64,000 bases of DNA from an uncultured delta proteobacterium (lineage in GTDB: Bacteria > Myxococcota > Myxococcia > Myxococcales > Myxococcaceae), in NCBI GenBank assembly GCA_963796055.1, contig CAWCKH010000004.1:3072001-3136000 (forward strand), written 5' to 3'. Positions 14,235-23,367 of this stretch are shown piece after piece; position 1 is the first letter of the stretch, and each line of letters opens with the position of its first letter. The translations under genes were made by a program, and so were the position numbers. The notes under the pieces were generated by a model that worked only from the letters and a program-made list of their open reading frames with translations, was not told the DNA's origin and made no database searches.

Positions 14235-16063
14235 CCGCCGGCGCCCCCCCGCTGGCGCAGCGCCCAGAACCGCTGCTGCAATCCTAGATTGAGCGGATCC
14301 ATCTCCAGCGCCCGCTCGTACGCCTCGAGCGCCTGGGAGCGCTGCCCGCTGGACTCGAAGCCGCGCGCCGCCGCCGCCTGCACGTGCGCCCGGGCCTCGG
14401 CGCCGGGGTGGGTGGCGAGGAAGCGCGCCCGGTGTTGCTCCAGCACGGTGACGGTGAGACCGGCGGAGATGCAGCGGGCCACCCCGCGGAAGTTCCCCGC
14501 CTCGGCGTCGACCTCGACCCGTCGCGCCGGCGTGGCGATACGCTCCACGGACTCGGCGAGCCTGGCCAGCAGACGCCTCGCCTCGTCTTGCTGCCCGGGC
14601 GTGGCACCCCGGGCCTGGATGCCCTCGAGCTCGGTCCGCAGCTCGCGCCACCGCGAGCGGATGTCGTCGAACTCGGCGTCCTGGGGAAGCCCGAGGCGTG
14701 CGTACGGATCGCTGGGAGCAGTGCGCGCGCGACCGAGGATGCGTTCGGCTTCCGGGTCACCGGCGCCCTTGGGGGTGAGCGGGGCGAGGCCCCTCATCCG
14801 CCGCGACACGGCCTCCTTGAACGGCGGTGCCGGCTCGAGGAACTGCAGCGCCACGCCGGCGGCGAAGCCCCAGGCCCGGGCCTGCAGCTCGGGGACCTGC
14901 CGCACCACCTCGGCACGGGTCAGCGCCCCGGGCGGGTTCTCCAGCGACACCTGGACGCGAGTGAAGAGCGCCGGGAGCGGCTCCGGAACGCAGGCGTACA
15001 CGCCGGCGCGCGAGAGGTCCCGGAGGTCCACCGTGCGTGCCGCGCCGTCGAGGATGAGCGTCCCGCGGAACGTCACCGGCGTCGGCGCGGGGCTCGACGG
15101 CGCGGGGGCGTGTGTGACGTGGGGCGTGGGGACACGGGGGGTGGGGCCGGTGGCGACGGCTCCAGGCTCCGCGGCGACCGGGCCGCTGCTCGCGGCAGTG
15201 CGGGTGAGGGCGCGCTCCAGCGTGGCCCGGAACGCGTCGGCGTCCGGGAAGCGATCCTCGCGCCGCTTGGCCAGCGCGCCGAGGATGGCGTCGGACCAGG
15301 CGGCGCTCAGGCGCGGGTTCAGCTCGCGCGGGGGAACGGGCGGCGTGTCGCGGTGGGCGAGCAGGATGCCGGTGACCCCGCCCCCGGTGAAGGGCAACCG
15401 GCCGGTGGCCAGGCGGTAGGCGATGACCCCCAGCGCGTACAGGTCGGCGCGGCCGTCCAGCGTCTCGCCCGCTCCCTGCTCCGGGGCCATGTACTCGGGC
15501 GTGCCGACAATCCACCCGGCGTGGGTCTGGCCCTCCTGGGTCTCGCCGCCGAAGAGCTTGGCGATGCCGAAGTCGAGGATCTTCACGAACGGTGGGCCGT
15601 CGCGGCGGCAGAGGAAGATGTTCTCGGGCTTGAGGTCCCGGTGCACCACCCCGCGGGCGTGGGCCGCCTGCAGCGCCTGGCAGACCTGGATGAGGATCGG
15701 CAGCGCGCGCTCCGGCGGCATCGGCCCGGGCGGTGCAGCGGAGAGCGGCTCGCCCTCCAGGTATTCCATGATCAGGTAGTACCGCCTCGGCGGCACCACG
15801 TTCATGTCGAAGATGTTGACGATGTTCGGGTGGCCGATGAGGTTGACCGCCCGCGCCTCGGCGTAGAACCGCTGGACCAGCGAGGCGTCCGAGGCGAGGT
15901 GCTCGTGGAGCACCTTCACCGCGACCTTGCTCCCGATGAGCGCCTGCTCGCCCAGGTAGACCGAGCCCATCCCGCCATGGCCAATCCGCCGGACCAGGCG
16001 GAAGCTGCCCACCGTGGTGCCCAGGAGAGGGTCGGGCGCGCTGGTCGCAGGGGTCGAGGCCAT
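14231..16063 (-). CDS. Ser/Thr protein kinase with PilZ-like and J-like C-terminal domains
   Basis: IGHGGMGSV, HRDLKPEN, DFGIAK, GTPEYMAPE; DLSRAGVY (PilZ-like); DPYARLGL (J-like). Confidence 0.9.
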   Translation of the reverse strand: MASTPATSAPDPLLGTTVGSFRLVRRIGHGGMGSVYLGEQALIGSKVAVKVLHEHLASDASLVQRFYAEARAVNLIGHPNIVNIFDMNVVPPRRYYLIMEYLEGEPLSAAPPGPMPPERALPILIQVCQALQAAHARGVVHRDLKPENIFLCRRDGPPFVKILDFGIAKLFGGETQEGQTHAGWIVGTPEYMAPEQGAGETLDGRADLYALGVIAYRLATGRLPFTGGGVTGILLAHRDTPPVPPRELNPRLSAAWSDAILGALAKRREDRFPDADAFRATLERALTRTAASSGPVAAEPGAVATGPTPRVPTPHVTHAPAPSSPAPTPVTFRGTLILDGAARTVDLRDLSRAGVYACVPEPLPALFTRVQVSLENPPGALTRAEVVRQVPELQARAWGFAAGVALQFLEPAPPFKEAVSRRMRGLAPLTPKGAGDPEAERILGRARTAPSDPYARLGLPQDAEFDDIRSRWRELRTELEGIQARGATPGQQDEARRLLARLAESVERIATPARRVEVDAEAGNFRGVARCISAGLTVTVLEQHRARFLATHPGAEARAHVQAAAARGFESSGQRSQALEAYERALEMDPLNLGLQQRFWALRQRGGAGG

Positions 16064-16135
16064 CGGGGGGAACGAACCGAAAATGTCCCATGCCCGGACG
16101 ACAGGTGCAAAGCGATCGGAGTGCGGCCTGGCGGA

Positions 16136-16222
16136 TGGCGCGCCAGCGACCTTGCTCAGCCCCCCGCACCAGGGGGACGCCTGAGGAAGCGCGCAGTGGC
16201 GCGCCAGCGACCTTGCTCAGCC
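16136..16222. repeat. 26-bp direct repeat (2 copies, period 61)
   Basis: TGGCGCGCCAGCGACCTTGCTCAGCC at 16136-16161 and 16197-16222. Confidence 0.85.
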
Positions 16223-17941
16223 GGCGCGGCGGCGTCGAATCTCCGCCAGGAACTCGTCGGGCCCGCGGGTGTTCAGCACGTCCGAGGTCCGGGCGCCACC
16301 CTTGCGCGCGGTGTGGATGGCAAACGCCACGTTGTGGAGGGCCAGCGTGCTGTGGGCGTCCGCCGAGACCACCAGGCGCGCCCCCGCCTGGAGCGCCAGG
16401 CGCACGTGCTCCGCCGAGAGGTCCATCCGCTCCGGGTTGCCGTTCACCTCCAGCAGAACGCCCCGCTTCGCCGCCCGCTCCACCACCGCCGGCATGTTGA
16501 GCGGCGACGGGTCGCGCCGCTGGAGGAGGCGGCCGGTGGGATGTCCGAGCACGTCGGTGCAAGGGTGATCCAGGGCCTTCAGGACCCGGGCGGTCATCGC
16601 CGCCTCGTCCTGGCCGTGGCGGACGTGCACCGAGGCAATCACCACGTCGAGCTCGGCCAGGAGCCGGTCCGAGAGGTCCAGCGCTCCGTCCTCGAGGATG
16701 TCGACCTCGAGCCCCCGGAAGAGGCGGATCTGGGGCACTGCCTCCTGGACCCGGGCGATCTCCTCCCACTGCGAGCGGACCCGGCCCTCGTCCAGCCCCC
16801 CGGCGTAGGCCGCGGCCGCGCTGTGGTCGGTGACCGTCAGGTAGCGAAGCCCCATCGCCGCGGCGGCGCGGGCCATGTCCTCGAGGCTGGACTTGCCGTC
16901 GCTCCAGGTGGTGTGGCTGTGCACCACTCCCTGGACGGCGGACGGCTGCAGGACGTCCGCCGGCAGGGTGCCGGACAGCGCGGCCTCGAACTCGCCCAGG
17001 TCCTCCCGCAGCTCCGGCGGAACGTAGGTCATCCCCAGAAGCGCGTAGAGCGCCTCCTCGGTGGGGACCGGCAGCTTCTCCTCCCCCCGGAACACCCCCC
17101 ACTCGCTGATGGTGAGCCCGAGGTCGCGGGCCCGACCGCGCAGCCGGACGTGGTGCGTCTTGGACCCGGTGAAGTGGTGCAGCGCCGTGACGTAGTCCTC
17201 GTCCGGGAGCACGCGCAGGTCCACTTGAAGTCCGTCCTCGAGCCGGACCGAGCACTTGCTGTCTCCCTGGCCGAGGACCTCGCGCACGCCGGACTGGCGG
17301 GCGAGCACCGCGAGGACGGGCCCGGCCTCGGGTGCCGAGGCGACGATGTCCACGTCGGACACCAGCTCGCACCACCGGCGGACGCTGCCGGCCATCTCGG
17401 CCCGGACCACGCCTGGGGCCGCCCGGACCTCGGAGAGGAGCGCCTGGGCCACCGGGAGCACCTCCCCGAGGCGGTGACGGGCGTGGGCCGAGCGGTACTG
17501 CTCGATGCCAGCGAGGATCTTCTGCTCGCTCCGCTCCCCGAAGCCCTTCAGCCCACGCACCCGCTGGTCGTGGCAGGCCTGCTCGAGCTGTTCGATGCTC
17601 CCGATGCCGAGGGCCCGGTGAAGGGCGGCGGCCTTCCTGGCCCCCAGGTCCGGGAGCCGGAGCAGCTCCAGGATGCCCGGCGGGAACTCGGCGCGGAGCT
17701 GCTCGAGGAGCGGCAGGGACCCGGTGCGGTGCAGCTCGGAGATCTTCTCCGCCAGCGCCGGGCCGATGTTGGGCAGCTCGGTGAGGCGGCGCTCGCGCAC
17801 CAGCGCGTCGAGATCGCCGCTGAAGCCGGCCATCCGGTCGGCGCCGAGGTCGTAGGCGCGTGACTTGTAGAAATCGTCGCCCTTCAGCTGGAGGTATTGC
17901 GACACCTCGCGCAGGGCCCGGGCGATGCTCAGAGGATCCAT
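16217..17941 (-). CDS. polX: DNA polymerase X / PHP domain protein
   Basis: GSVRR..DVDI, VDLRV, HFTGSK; PHP motifs HSHTTWSDG, TDHS, HPTGR, DAH. Confidence 0.95.
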   Translation of the reverse strand: MDPLSIARALREVSQYLQLKGDDFYKSRAYDLGADRMAGFSGDLDALVRERRLTELPNIGPALAEKISELHRTGSLPLLEQLRAEFPPGILELLRLPDLGARKAAALHRALGIGSIEQLEQACHDQRVRGLKGFGERSEQKILAGIEQYRSAHARHRLGEVLPVAQALLSEVRAAPGVVRAEMAGSVRRWCELVSDVDIVASAPEAGPVLAVLARQSGVREVLGQGDSKCSVRLEDGLQVDLRVLPDEDYVTALHHFTGSKTHHVRLRGRARDLGLTISEWGVFRGEEKLPVPTEEALYALLGMTYVPPELREDLGEFEAALSGTLPADVLQPSAVQGVVHSHTTWSDGKSSLEDMARAAAAMGLRYLTVTDHSAAAAYAGGLDEGRVRSQWEEIARVQEAVPQIRLFRGLEVDILEDGALDLSDRLLAELDVVIASVHVRHGQDEAAMTARVLKALDHPCTDVLGHPTGRLLQRRDPSPLNMPAVVERAAKRGVLLEVNGNPERMDLSAEHVRLALQAGARLVVSADAHSTLALHNVAFAIHTARKGGARTSDVLNTRGPDEFLAEIRRRRAG

Positions 17942-17980
17942 GTCTCGGGAGACTCTCTTGTTAATGTCCGGGGCCGACAG

Positions 17981-18295
17981 ATGCGAATCGAGCTCGGAGC
18001 GGCGGACCTGGAAGAAGGGGAGCTGCGGGGGTACGACCTGGGCAAGCGCGCGGTCTGCGTCGCGCGCGTGAACGGGCGGTACAAGGCCCTGGACGACTGG
18101 TGCAACCATGCAGGATGCCTGCTCTCCGGCGGCCGGGTGGAGGGCAACCTGGTCGTCTGCCCGTGCCATGAGGTTGGGTTCGACCTCGACACCGGCGCCA
18201 ACGCCACCTCCCCGGGCGTCTGTGACGACCAGCCCACCGCGCAGGTGACGGTGGAGGCCGGACGGCTGCTCCTGGACCTGGAGGAGGGTTCCTGA
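17981..18295 (+). CDS. Rieske [2Fe-2S] ferredoxin
   Basis: CNH...CPCH, FDLDTG. Confidence 0.9.
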   Translation: MRIELGAADLEEGELRGYDLGKRAVCVARVNGRYKALDDWCNHAGCLLSGGRVEGNLVVCPCHEVGFDLDTGANATSPGVCDDQPTAQVTVEAGRLLLDLEEGS

Positions 18296-18879
18296 TGGGC
18301 CACGGGCACGACCCCAAGCATCGGCAGGGACACCACGGCGGGCACGCTTCGGGGCACGGCGTCCCGGCGCACGGTGAGAGCTCCGCCCGCGAGCACCGGA
18401 GCGCTGCCCCCACGCACGTCGCCTGCTTCGTCCTGACCTGCTCGGACTCGCGGGCCCAGGCCGACGACGTGAGCGGGCGGGCACTGCGCGAAGGCCTGGA
18501 GGCGGCCGGCCATACCGTGGTGGGCCAGACGGTGGTCCGGGACGAGCCGGAGGCCATCCGCGCCGCGGTGGAGCGTGGGCTCGAGGGCGGGGCCCGGGCA
18601 GTGCTCGTCACCGGGGGCACCGGCATCACCCGGCGCGACCAGACGGTGGAGGCAATCCGCCCCCTGCTGGAGAAGGAGATCCCCGGCTTCGGCGAGCTGT
18701 TCCGGATGCTCTCCTACGAGGAGGTCGGCAGCGCGGCCTGGCTCTCGCGGGCACTGGCCGGAACGGTCCGCGGAGCGCTGGTCTTCGTGCTCCCCGGAAG
18801 CCCCAACGCGGTCCGGCTGGCGCTGGACCGGCTCATCCTCCCCGAACTGGGGCACGCCGTGCGCGAGCTGAGCCGGTAG
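18295..18879 (+). CDS. moaB: MoaB/MogA molybdenum cofactor biosynthesis protein, His-rich N-terminus
   Basis: LTCSD, VTGGTG, IPGFGELFR, LPGSPNAV. Confidence 0.9.
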   Translation: MGHGHDPKHRQGHHGGHASGHGVPAHGESSAREHRSAAPTHVACFVLTCSDSRAQADDVSGRALREGLEAAGHTVVGQTVVRDEPEAIRAAVERGLEGGARAVLVTGGTGITRRDQTVEAIRPLLEKEIPGFGELFRMLSYEEVGSAAWLSRALAGTVRGALVFVLPGSPNAVRLALDRLILPELGHAVRELSR

Positions 18880-18886
18880 CCCGGGA

Positions 18887-19816
18887 ATGCGGCGTGGACG
18901 CACGCACCGGCTGTCGACCGAGCGGGCGGCACGGTTGCGCCTGGCGCTCGACCGGCTGGAGCGGACGTCTCCTCCCCGACGGCGGTTGCCGCTCGACCCG
19001 GTGTCGCTCCCGCATCGCTACTCGGACCCGCGGGACGTGGAGGTCGCCGGGCTGCTCGCGGCCTCGCTGGCCTATGGGCGGGCGGACCTGTTCCTGCCCA
19101 GGGTTTCCCGGCTGCTGGAGGGGATGGCGCCGTCACCGGCGGCGTTCGTCCGGGCGCTGGACGTGGCGGGAGCGCGCGCGCTGCTCTCCGGCTTCGTCTA
19201 CCGCTTCAACGTCGGCGCGGACGTGGCGGTGCTGCTCCTGGGAATGGGGCGGATGCTCGCGCGCCGGGGCTCGCTCGAGGCCGGGTTCGTGGCGGCGCGC
19301 CAGGCGTCGGGTGGCGACCTGCACTGTGCGCTCTCCGGGTTCGTCGGCGAGCTCCGCGAGGTGGACCTGCGGGCCATCGAGCGAGCGTTGGGGAAGACGC
19401 GAGGGCTCGATCATCTGTTGCCAGTCGCTCTGGGGGCTGGCGCCGCGAAGCGGCTGCACCTCTACCTCCGCTGGATGGTGCGGGGGCCGGACGGAATCGA
19501 CCTGGGCATCTGGAAGAAGGTGCCGCCGAGCGCGCTCCTGGTGCCGCTGGACACCCACGTCGCCCGGCTGGCCTGGCGGCTGGGCCTGGTGCGGCGGAGG
19601 ACGATGGGCTGGGCCGCGGCCGAGGACATCACCCGTAACCTCGAGGTCATCGATCCCGAGGACCCGGTCCGCTTCGACTTCGTGCTCTGCCACCACGGGA
19701 TGAGCGGGGCGTGCCCACCGCGCGCGCGGGCAGAGCTGTGTGCCCGGTGCGTGCTCCAGCCGGAGTGCAGCGTGGGGCGCAGGCTCACCCCGGGCTCGGC
19801 CCCGGCTCGGGGCTAG
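18887..19816 (+). CDS. TIGR02757/DUF2400 family protein
   Basis: KRLHLYLRWMVR, PLDTHV, DPEDPVRFDF; C-terminal Cys cluster. Confidence 0.9.
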   Translation: MRRGRTHRLSTERAARLRLALDRLERTSPPRRRLPLDPVSLPHRYSDPRDVEVAGLLAASLAYGRADLFLPRVSRLLEGMAPSPAAFVRALDVAGARALLSGFVYRFNVGADVAVLLLGMGRMLARRGSLEAGFVAARQASGGDLHCALSGFVGELREVDLRAIERALGKTRGLDHLLPVALGAGAAKRLHLYLRWMVRGPDGIDLGIWKKVPPSALLVPLDTHVARLAWRLGLVRRRTMGWAAAEDITRNLEVIDPEDPVRFDFVLCHHGMSGACPPRARAELCARCVLQPECSVGRRLTPGSAPARG

Positions 19817-20346
19817 GCTCCGGTGAGCAGCGCTGCCGCGACCGCACCGGCGCCCGCGACGTCCGGCTCCGTTCCCTGGAGGACGCTCACCTTGACGCAG
19901 GCGTCGCCCCGGGTGACGTAGACCGCGTCGGCGGTGGTCCAGCTGGGAGCTCCGAGCGCCAGCGACACCGGAACGCCCGCCGCGGCGGTGCACTGCATCT
20001 CGGCCTCTCCGCGGTCCAGCCAGGTGCGGATCTCCAGTCGCAGCTCGACCCCCGCTCCGTTCAAGGTCCAGACGGTGGACGCGCTGAGCTCGGCCCCGGC
20101 GGGTTCCGCGAGGGCGACGCCGAGTGCGGTCTCGAGCGCGAAGCGGTCGAGCGCCAGCGCCCGGCTCGGCGCCCAGGGTCCGGGAAGCACGGCCTGGGTG
20201 CCCGGGGACGGGTCGACTCCGCTTCCCGGGTCGTCGGTCGTGGTGGGCGAGGTGGAGGGAGCGTCCGTGCCCGAGCCGCAGGCCAGGACGAGCGCCAGCG
20301 TGGCGACCAGGATGGGACTGCGCCCTGCGGTCAGGCGGCGAGCCAT
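19813..20346 (-). CDS. Lipoprotein of unknown function (Hcp cassette partner, copy 1)
   Basis: Lipobox VLAC; paralogue of 52378-52905. Confidence 0.8.
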   Translation of the reverse strand: MARRLTAGRSPILVATLALVLACGSGTDAPSTSPTTTDDPGSGVDPSPGTQAVLPGPWAPSRALALDRFALETALGVALAEPAGAELSASTVWTLNGAGVELRLEIRTWLDRGEAEMQCTAAAGVPVSLALGAPSWTTADAVYVTRGDACVKVSVLQGTEPDVAGAGAVAAALLTGA

Positions 20347-20347
20347 C

Positions 20348-20923
20348 TCACCGAGCGTTACGGCCGGCGGACGGCGAGATGACGTTCACCTTGTTGGACT
20401 TGACGTCGAAGGTGACCGAGTCCGCCGGATCGAAGACCTCCCAGCGGACGGACTCGAAGATGAGCTGGACCTCGTCGACCAGCCGCGTGTCGAGGCTCCG
20501 CTCGTTGAGGCCCACCACGATCACCCCCTGGAGCGTGATGCGGTAGCCGAGGACGCCTTTGCCGTCCTGAGCCTGGTCGGAGAACTCGATCACCACCGTC
20601 TTGATGTGCTCGCCGGTCAGCAGTGCCTTGAGCAGCTTGAGGCTGGACGGTCCCTGGACCTTGTTGAAGACCACCGGTCCAAGGGTCGCCTTCCCGGTGC
20701 CGCCGCCACTGCCACCGCCGGTCGTCGCCGACTGTCGCCAGGTCTCCGAGAAGTTGAACCCCTCGATCTGGCCCTCGTGGCCCTTGACCCTGGACTCGCC
20801 GGTCACTCCGTCGACGGTGACGAAGAACGGGCCCGACTGGACATCGTCGCGATCGTGCGCGCGTGCAGCGGAAGTGTGGACCAGAGCGAGCGCGATGACC
20901 GCCGAGGCGAGCATTCTCTTCAT
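20348..20923 (-). CDS. Hcp (T6SS tube) family protein with N-terminal signal peptide, copy 1
   Basis: VDGVTGES..GHEGQIE, GGGTGKA, K..SS.KL, GEHIKTV, YRITL, EVQLIF; leader MKRMLASAVIALALVHTSAARA. Confidence 0.85.
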   Translation of the reverse strand: MKRMLASAVIALALVHTSAARAHDRDDVQSGPFFVTVDGVTGESRVKGHEGQIEGFNFSETWRQSATTGGGSGGGTGKATLGPVVFNKVQGPSSLKLLKALLTGEHIKTVVIEFSDQAQDGKGVLGYRITLQGVIVVGLNERSLDTRLVDEVQLIFESVRWEVFDPADSVTFDVKSNKVNVISPSAGRNAR

Positions 20924-21144
20924 TCGAGACCCCCACACGTCGACCGACGCCGGCGACGGAGCGGCGGACTTTGCCACTGCCCGCTCCCGCACGAGGAGTG
21001 GGTCCGTTTCGCCTCGTCCTCGCTCACACGGGCCCACCGGTGGGGAGGAGTGTGGATGCAACGCCTCGGCGCGGGCAGGTCTACTCGAGAACGGGGGAAG
21101 GCCGGTCCCCACGGTCGCGAAGTGCGAGCGAAAGGGGAGAGCCA

Positions 21145-21399
21145 GTGAAGAGCTGGTGGATTGGAAGTGTCGCGGCGCTCGCCGTCGCGCTGGCTGGATG
21201 TGGCTCCGGGGCGAACTGCAAGGACGCCTGCGACAAGCTTCAATCGTGCAGCCTGAACTCGTCCGGTCTGTCGTGCGATGCGAGCTGCGGCAGCCCGGAT
21301 GACACCTGTGCCGGATGCCTGAACAGCACGAGCTGCGCGGACATCACCGCGGGCTCCTGCGCCTCGAGTTGCACCCAGGCGACGTTCACCCCGAAGTAG
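21145..21399 (+). CDS. Small Cys-rich lipoprotein
   Basis: Lipobox LAGC followed by 10 further Cys; RBS GGAG upstream. Confidence 0.75.
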   Translation: MKSWWIGSVAALAVALAGCGSGANCKDACDKLQSCSLNSSGLSCDASCGSPDDTCAGCLNSTSCADITAGSCASSCTQATFTPK

Positions 21400-21438
21400 C
21401 CGGCCCAGCGCGCCGCTAGGAGCCTGTAGCTCATAGCT

Positions 21439-21520
21439 GACTGCGGCCGCCCGGACCTCGCCGACTGCGGCCTACTTGGCGACACCCTGACCCGGATCTC
21501 GACTGCGGCCGCCCTGACCT
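21439..21520. repeat. Short intergenic direct repeats
   Basis: GACTGCGGCC at 21439, 21463 and 21501; copies 1 and 3 extend to about 20 nt. Confidence 0.6.
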
Positions 21521-23246
21521 AGTCCAGGACGCGCCCCAGCCGCACGTCGTCGGGGTAGGGGATGGGGTCCGGCTGCCGCCCGGCGCGGATGTCCTCCTGC
21601 CGGGCGATCCACCACGCCGGGTCGAGCAGCTCGCCGTGCATCTCCACGAACAGCTCGCGCAGCCGCCCCGGCGGGAAGAGGAAGCGCAGGAACTCCTCGG
21701 GGAACACGTCCCGCACCCCCACGTGGAACCAGGGCTCGGCGGACGACTCCTCGGCGTCGTCGCGCGCGGTGGGCATCCGGCGGAAGTTGACCTCGGTCAA
21801 GAGCGAGATCTCGTCGTAGTCGTAAAAGACCACCCGCCCGCGCCCGGTCATCCCGAAGTTCTTGAGCAGGAGATCTCCGGGGAAGATGTTCGCCTCGGCG
21901 AGGTCGTGGATCGCCCGGCCGAACTCGCGTACCCCGTGGCTCTGCTGCGCCGGGTCCGCGTGGTCGAGCCAGAGGTCGAGCGGCGTCATCCGGCGCTCGA
22001 CGTACAGGTGCTTCAGCACCAGTCGATCCCCCTCGCGCTCCACGTTGAGGGCGCAGGAGCGCTCCAGCTCCTCGATGACCGCGGGGTGCATGCGCTCGGC
22101 AGGGAACAGCACGTCCGAGTACTCCAGGGCGTCGGGGAGCCGCCCCACCCGGTCGTGGTACTTCACCAGCAGATACTTCGCCCGGACCTCCTCGTGGGTG
22201 ACCTGCTTCGGCGGGGGGAACTCGTCCCGGATGACCTTGAACACCCAGGGGAACGAGGGGAGGGTGAAGACCATCATCACCATCCCGCGCGCGCCCGGCG
22301 CCGGCACGAAGGCGTCGGTGGAGTGCTTCAGGTTCGATATGAGATCTCGGTAGAAGAGGGTCTTGCCCTGCTTCTGCAGCCCCACCGAGGTGTACAGCTC
22401 GGCCTTGGACTTCCCCGGCATCAGCTGGTTGAGGAAGGCGACGTACTCGGCGGGCACGTCCATGTCGACGATGAAGTAGGCCCGGGAGAGGCTGAACAGC
22501 GCGGCCAGGTGCTCGCCCTTGAGCAGCAGCGCGTCCACGTACAGCCCGGCACCCGACGGCGCATGCCGGATGCAGGCCACGAACGGCGTCTGGTGGTTTC
22601 CGTTCAGCAGCCGCCCCACCACGTACGCTCCCACGTCGCGGAAGAAGAGCGAGGACAGCAGCTGCACCTGGAAGTTGAGCTGGCGCTCGCGCTGGCCGGG
22701 CAGATGCTCGCGGAAGGTGATCAGCACCTTGCGGAGGTCGCGCCGCAGGTTCTCGAAGGGGACCGACAGCCCCAGGCTCCGGGCGATGGCGGTGAAGGTG
22801 GACAACAGGTTCCTGGCCGTGGGGTACCAGGACCTCCAGGTCACCTCGTCCGCCTCGATGAACTCGGTGGCCACCGCCTGGCGCCAGAAGATGTACTCGT
22901 TCCGGTAGTAGGTGCGGTCGAGCACCCGGCAGGCGACGGAGTTGTAGAAGGTCTCGGCGCACTCCGGCCGCTTGTGCTCGTAGAGGAGGCCAATGAGCGC
23001 CTGCTTCACCTGCGGCCACAGGGTCTCGTCGGTGCGCGCGTCCGGATGGAGCCGCAGGACCGACTCCACGGACTCGCGGACCCGCGCGTCGTAGGTCCCG
23101 ATCCACAGCCGGTTCAGCGCGTGAGCCCCCTCGCGGTCGCCCCTCTCGAAGCAGGCCTTGGCCGCAGCGCTCTGCGCCCGGAACTGCGCCCAGCGCTTCT
23201 CGAAACCGTCCAGGATGGTGCGGGCGATCGCCTGTGGGGTGCTCAT
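21519..23246 (-). CDS. aceK: Isocitrate dehydrogenase kinase/phosphatase
   Basis: ECAETFYNSV, GLQKQGKT, APGARGMVM, HDRVGR, IFPGDLLLKNFG, FYDYDEI. Confidence 0.96.
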   Translation of the reverse strand: MSTPQAIARTILDGFEKRWAQFRAQSAAAKACFERGDREGAHALNRLWIGTYDARVRESVESVLRLHPDARTDETLWPQVKQALIGLLYEHKRPECAETFYNSVACRVLDRTYYRNEYIFWRQAVATEFIEADEVTWRSWYPTARNLLSTFTAIARSLGLSVPFENLRRDLRKVLITFREHLPGQRERQLNFQVQLLSSLFFRDVGAYVVGRLLNGNHQTPFVACIRHAPSGAGLYVDALLLKGEHLAALFSLSRAYFIVDMDVPAEYVAFLNQLMPGKSKAELYTSVGLQKQGKTLFYRDLISNLKHSTDAFVPAPGARGMVMMVFTLPSFPWVFKVIRDEFPPPKQVTHEEVRAKYLLVKYHDRVGRLPDALEYSDVLFPAERMHPAVIEELERSCALNVEREGDRLVLKHLYVERRMTPLDLWLDHADPAQQSHGVREFGRAIHDLAEANIFPGDLLLKNFGMTGRGRVVFYDYDEISLLTEVNFRRMPTARDDAEESSAEPWFHVGVRDVFPEEFLRFLFPPGRLRELFVEMHGELLDPAWWIARQEDIRAGRQPDPIPYPDDVRLGRVLD

Positions 23247-23367
23247 CGTTGCTGTCGGATCGCAGCATTCTCGCAGGGTTCGGCACCGGTGATGCATCAC
23301 CCGCTGACGATCCGGGCGTTGTCCTCGAGGGCGGGGCCGTGGCACGTTGCCCCGTGCCCCCCCCGGG

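Noticed and set aside
16136..16222. Repeat as a sigma-54 promoter (TGGC...TTGC)
   Set aside because: GG-to-GC spacing is 5 nt too long.
14384..17863. Very long alternative-frame ORFs (also 9372-12755, 1028-3664, 30825-33191)
   Set aside because: Shadow ORFs of high-GC coding sequence with no recognisable motifs.
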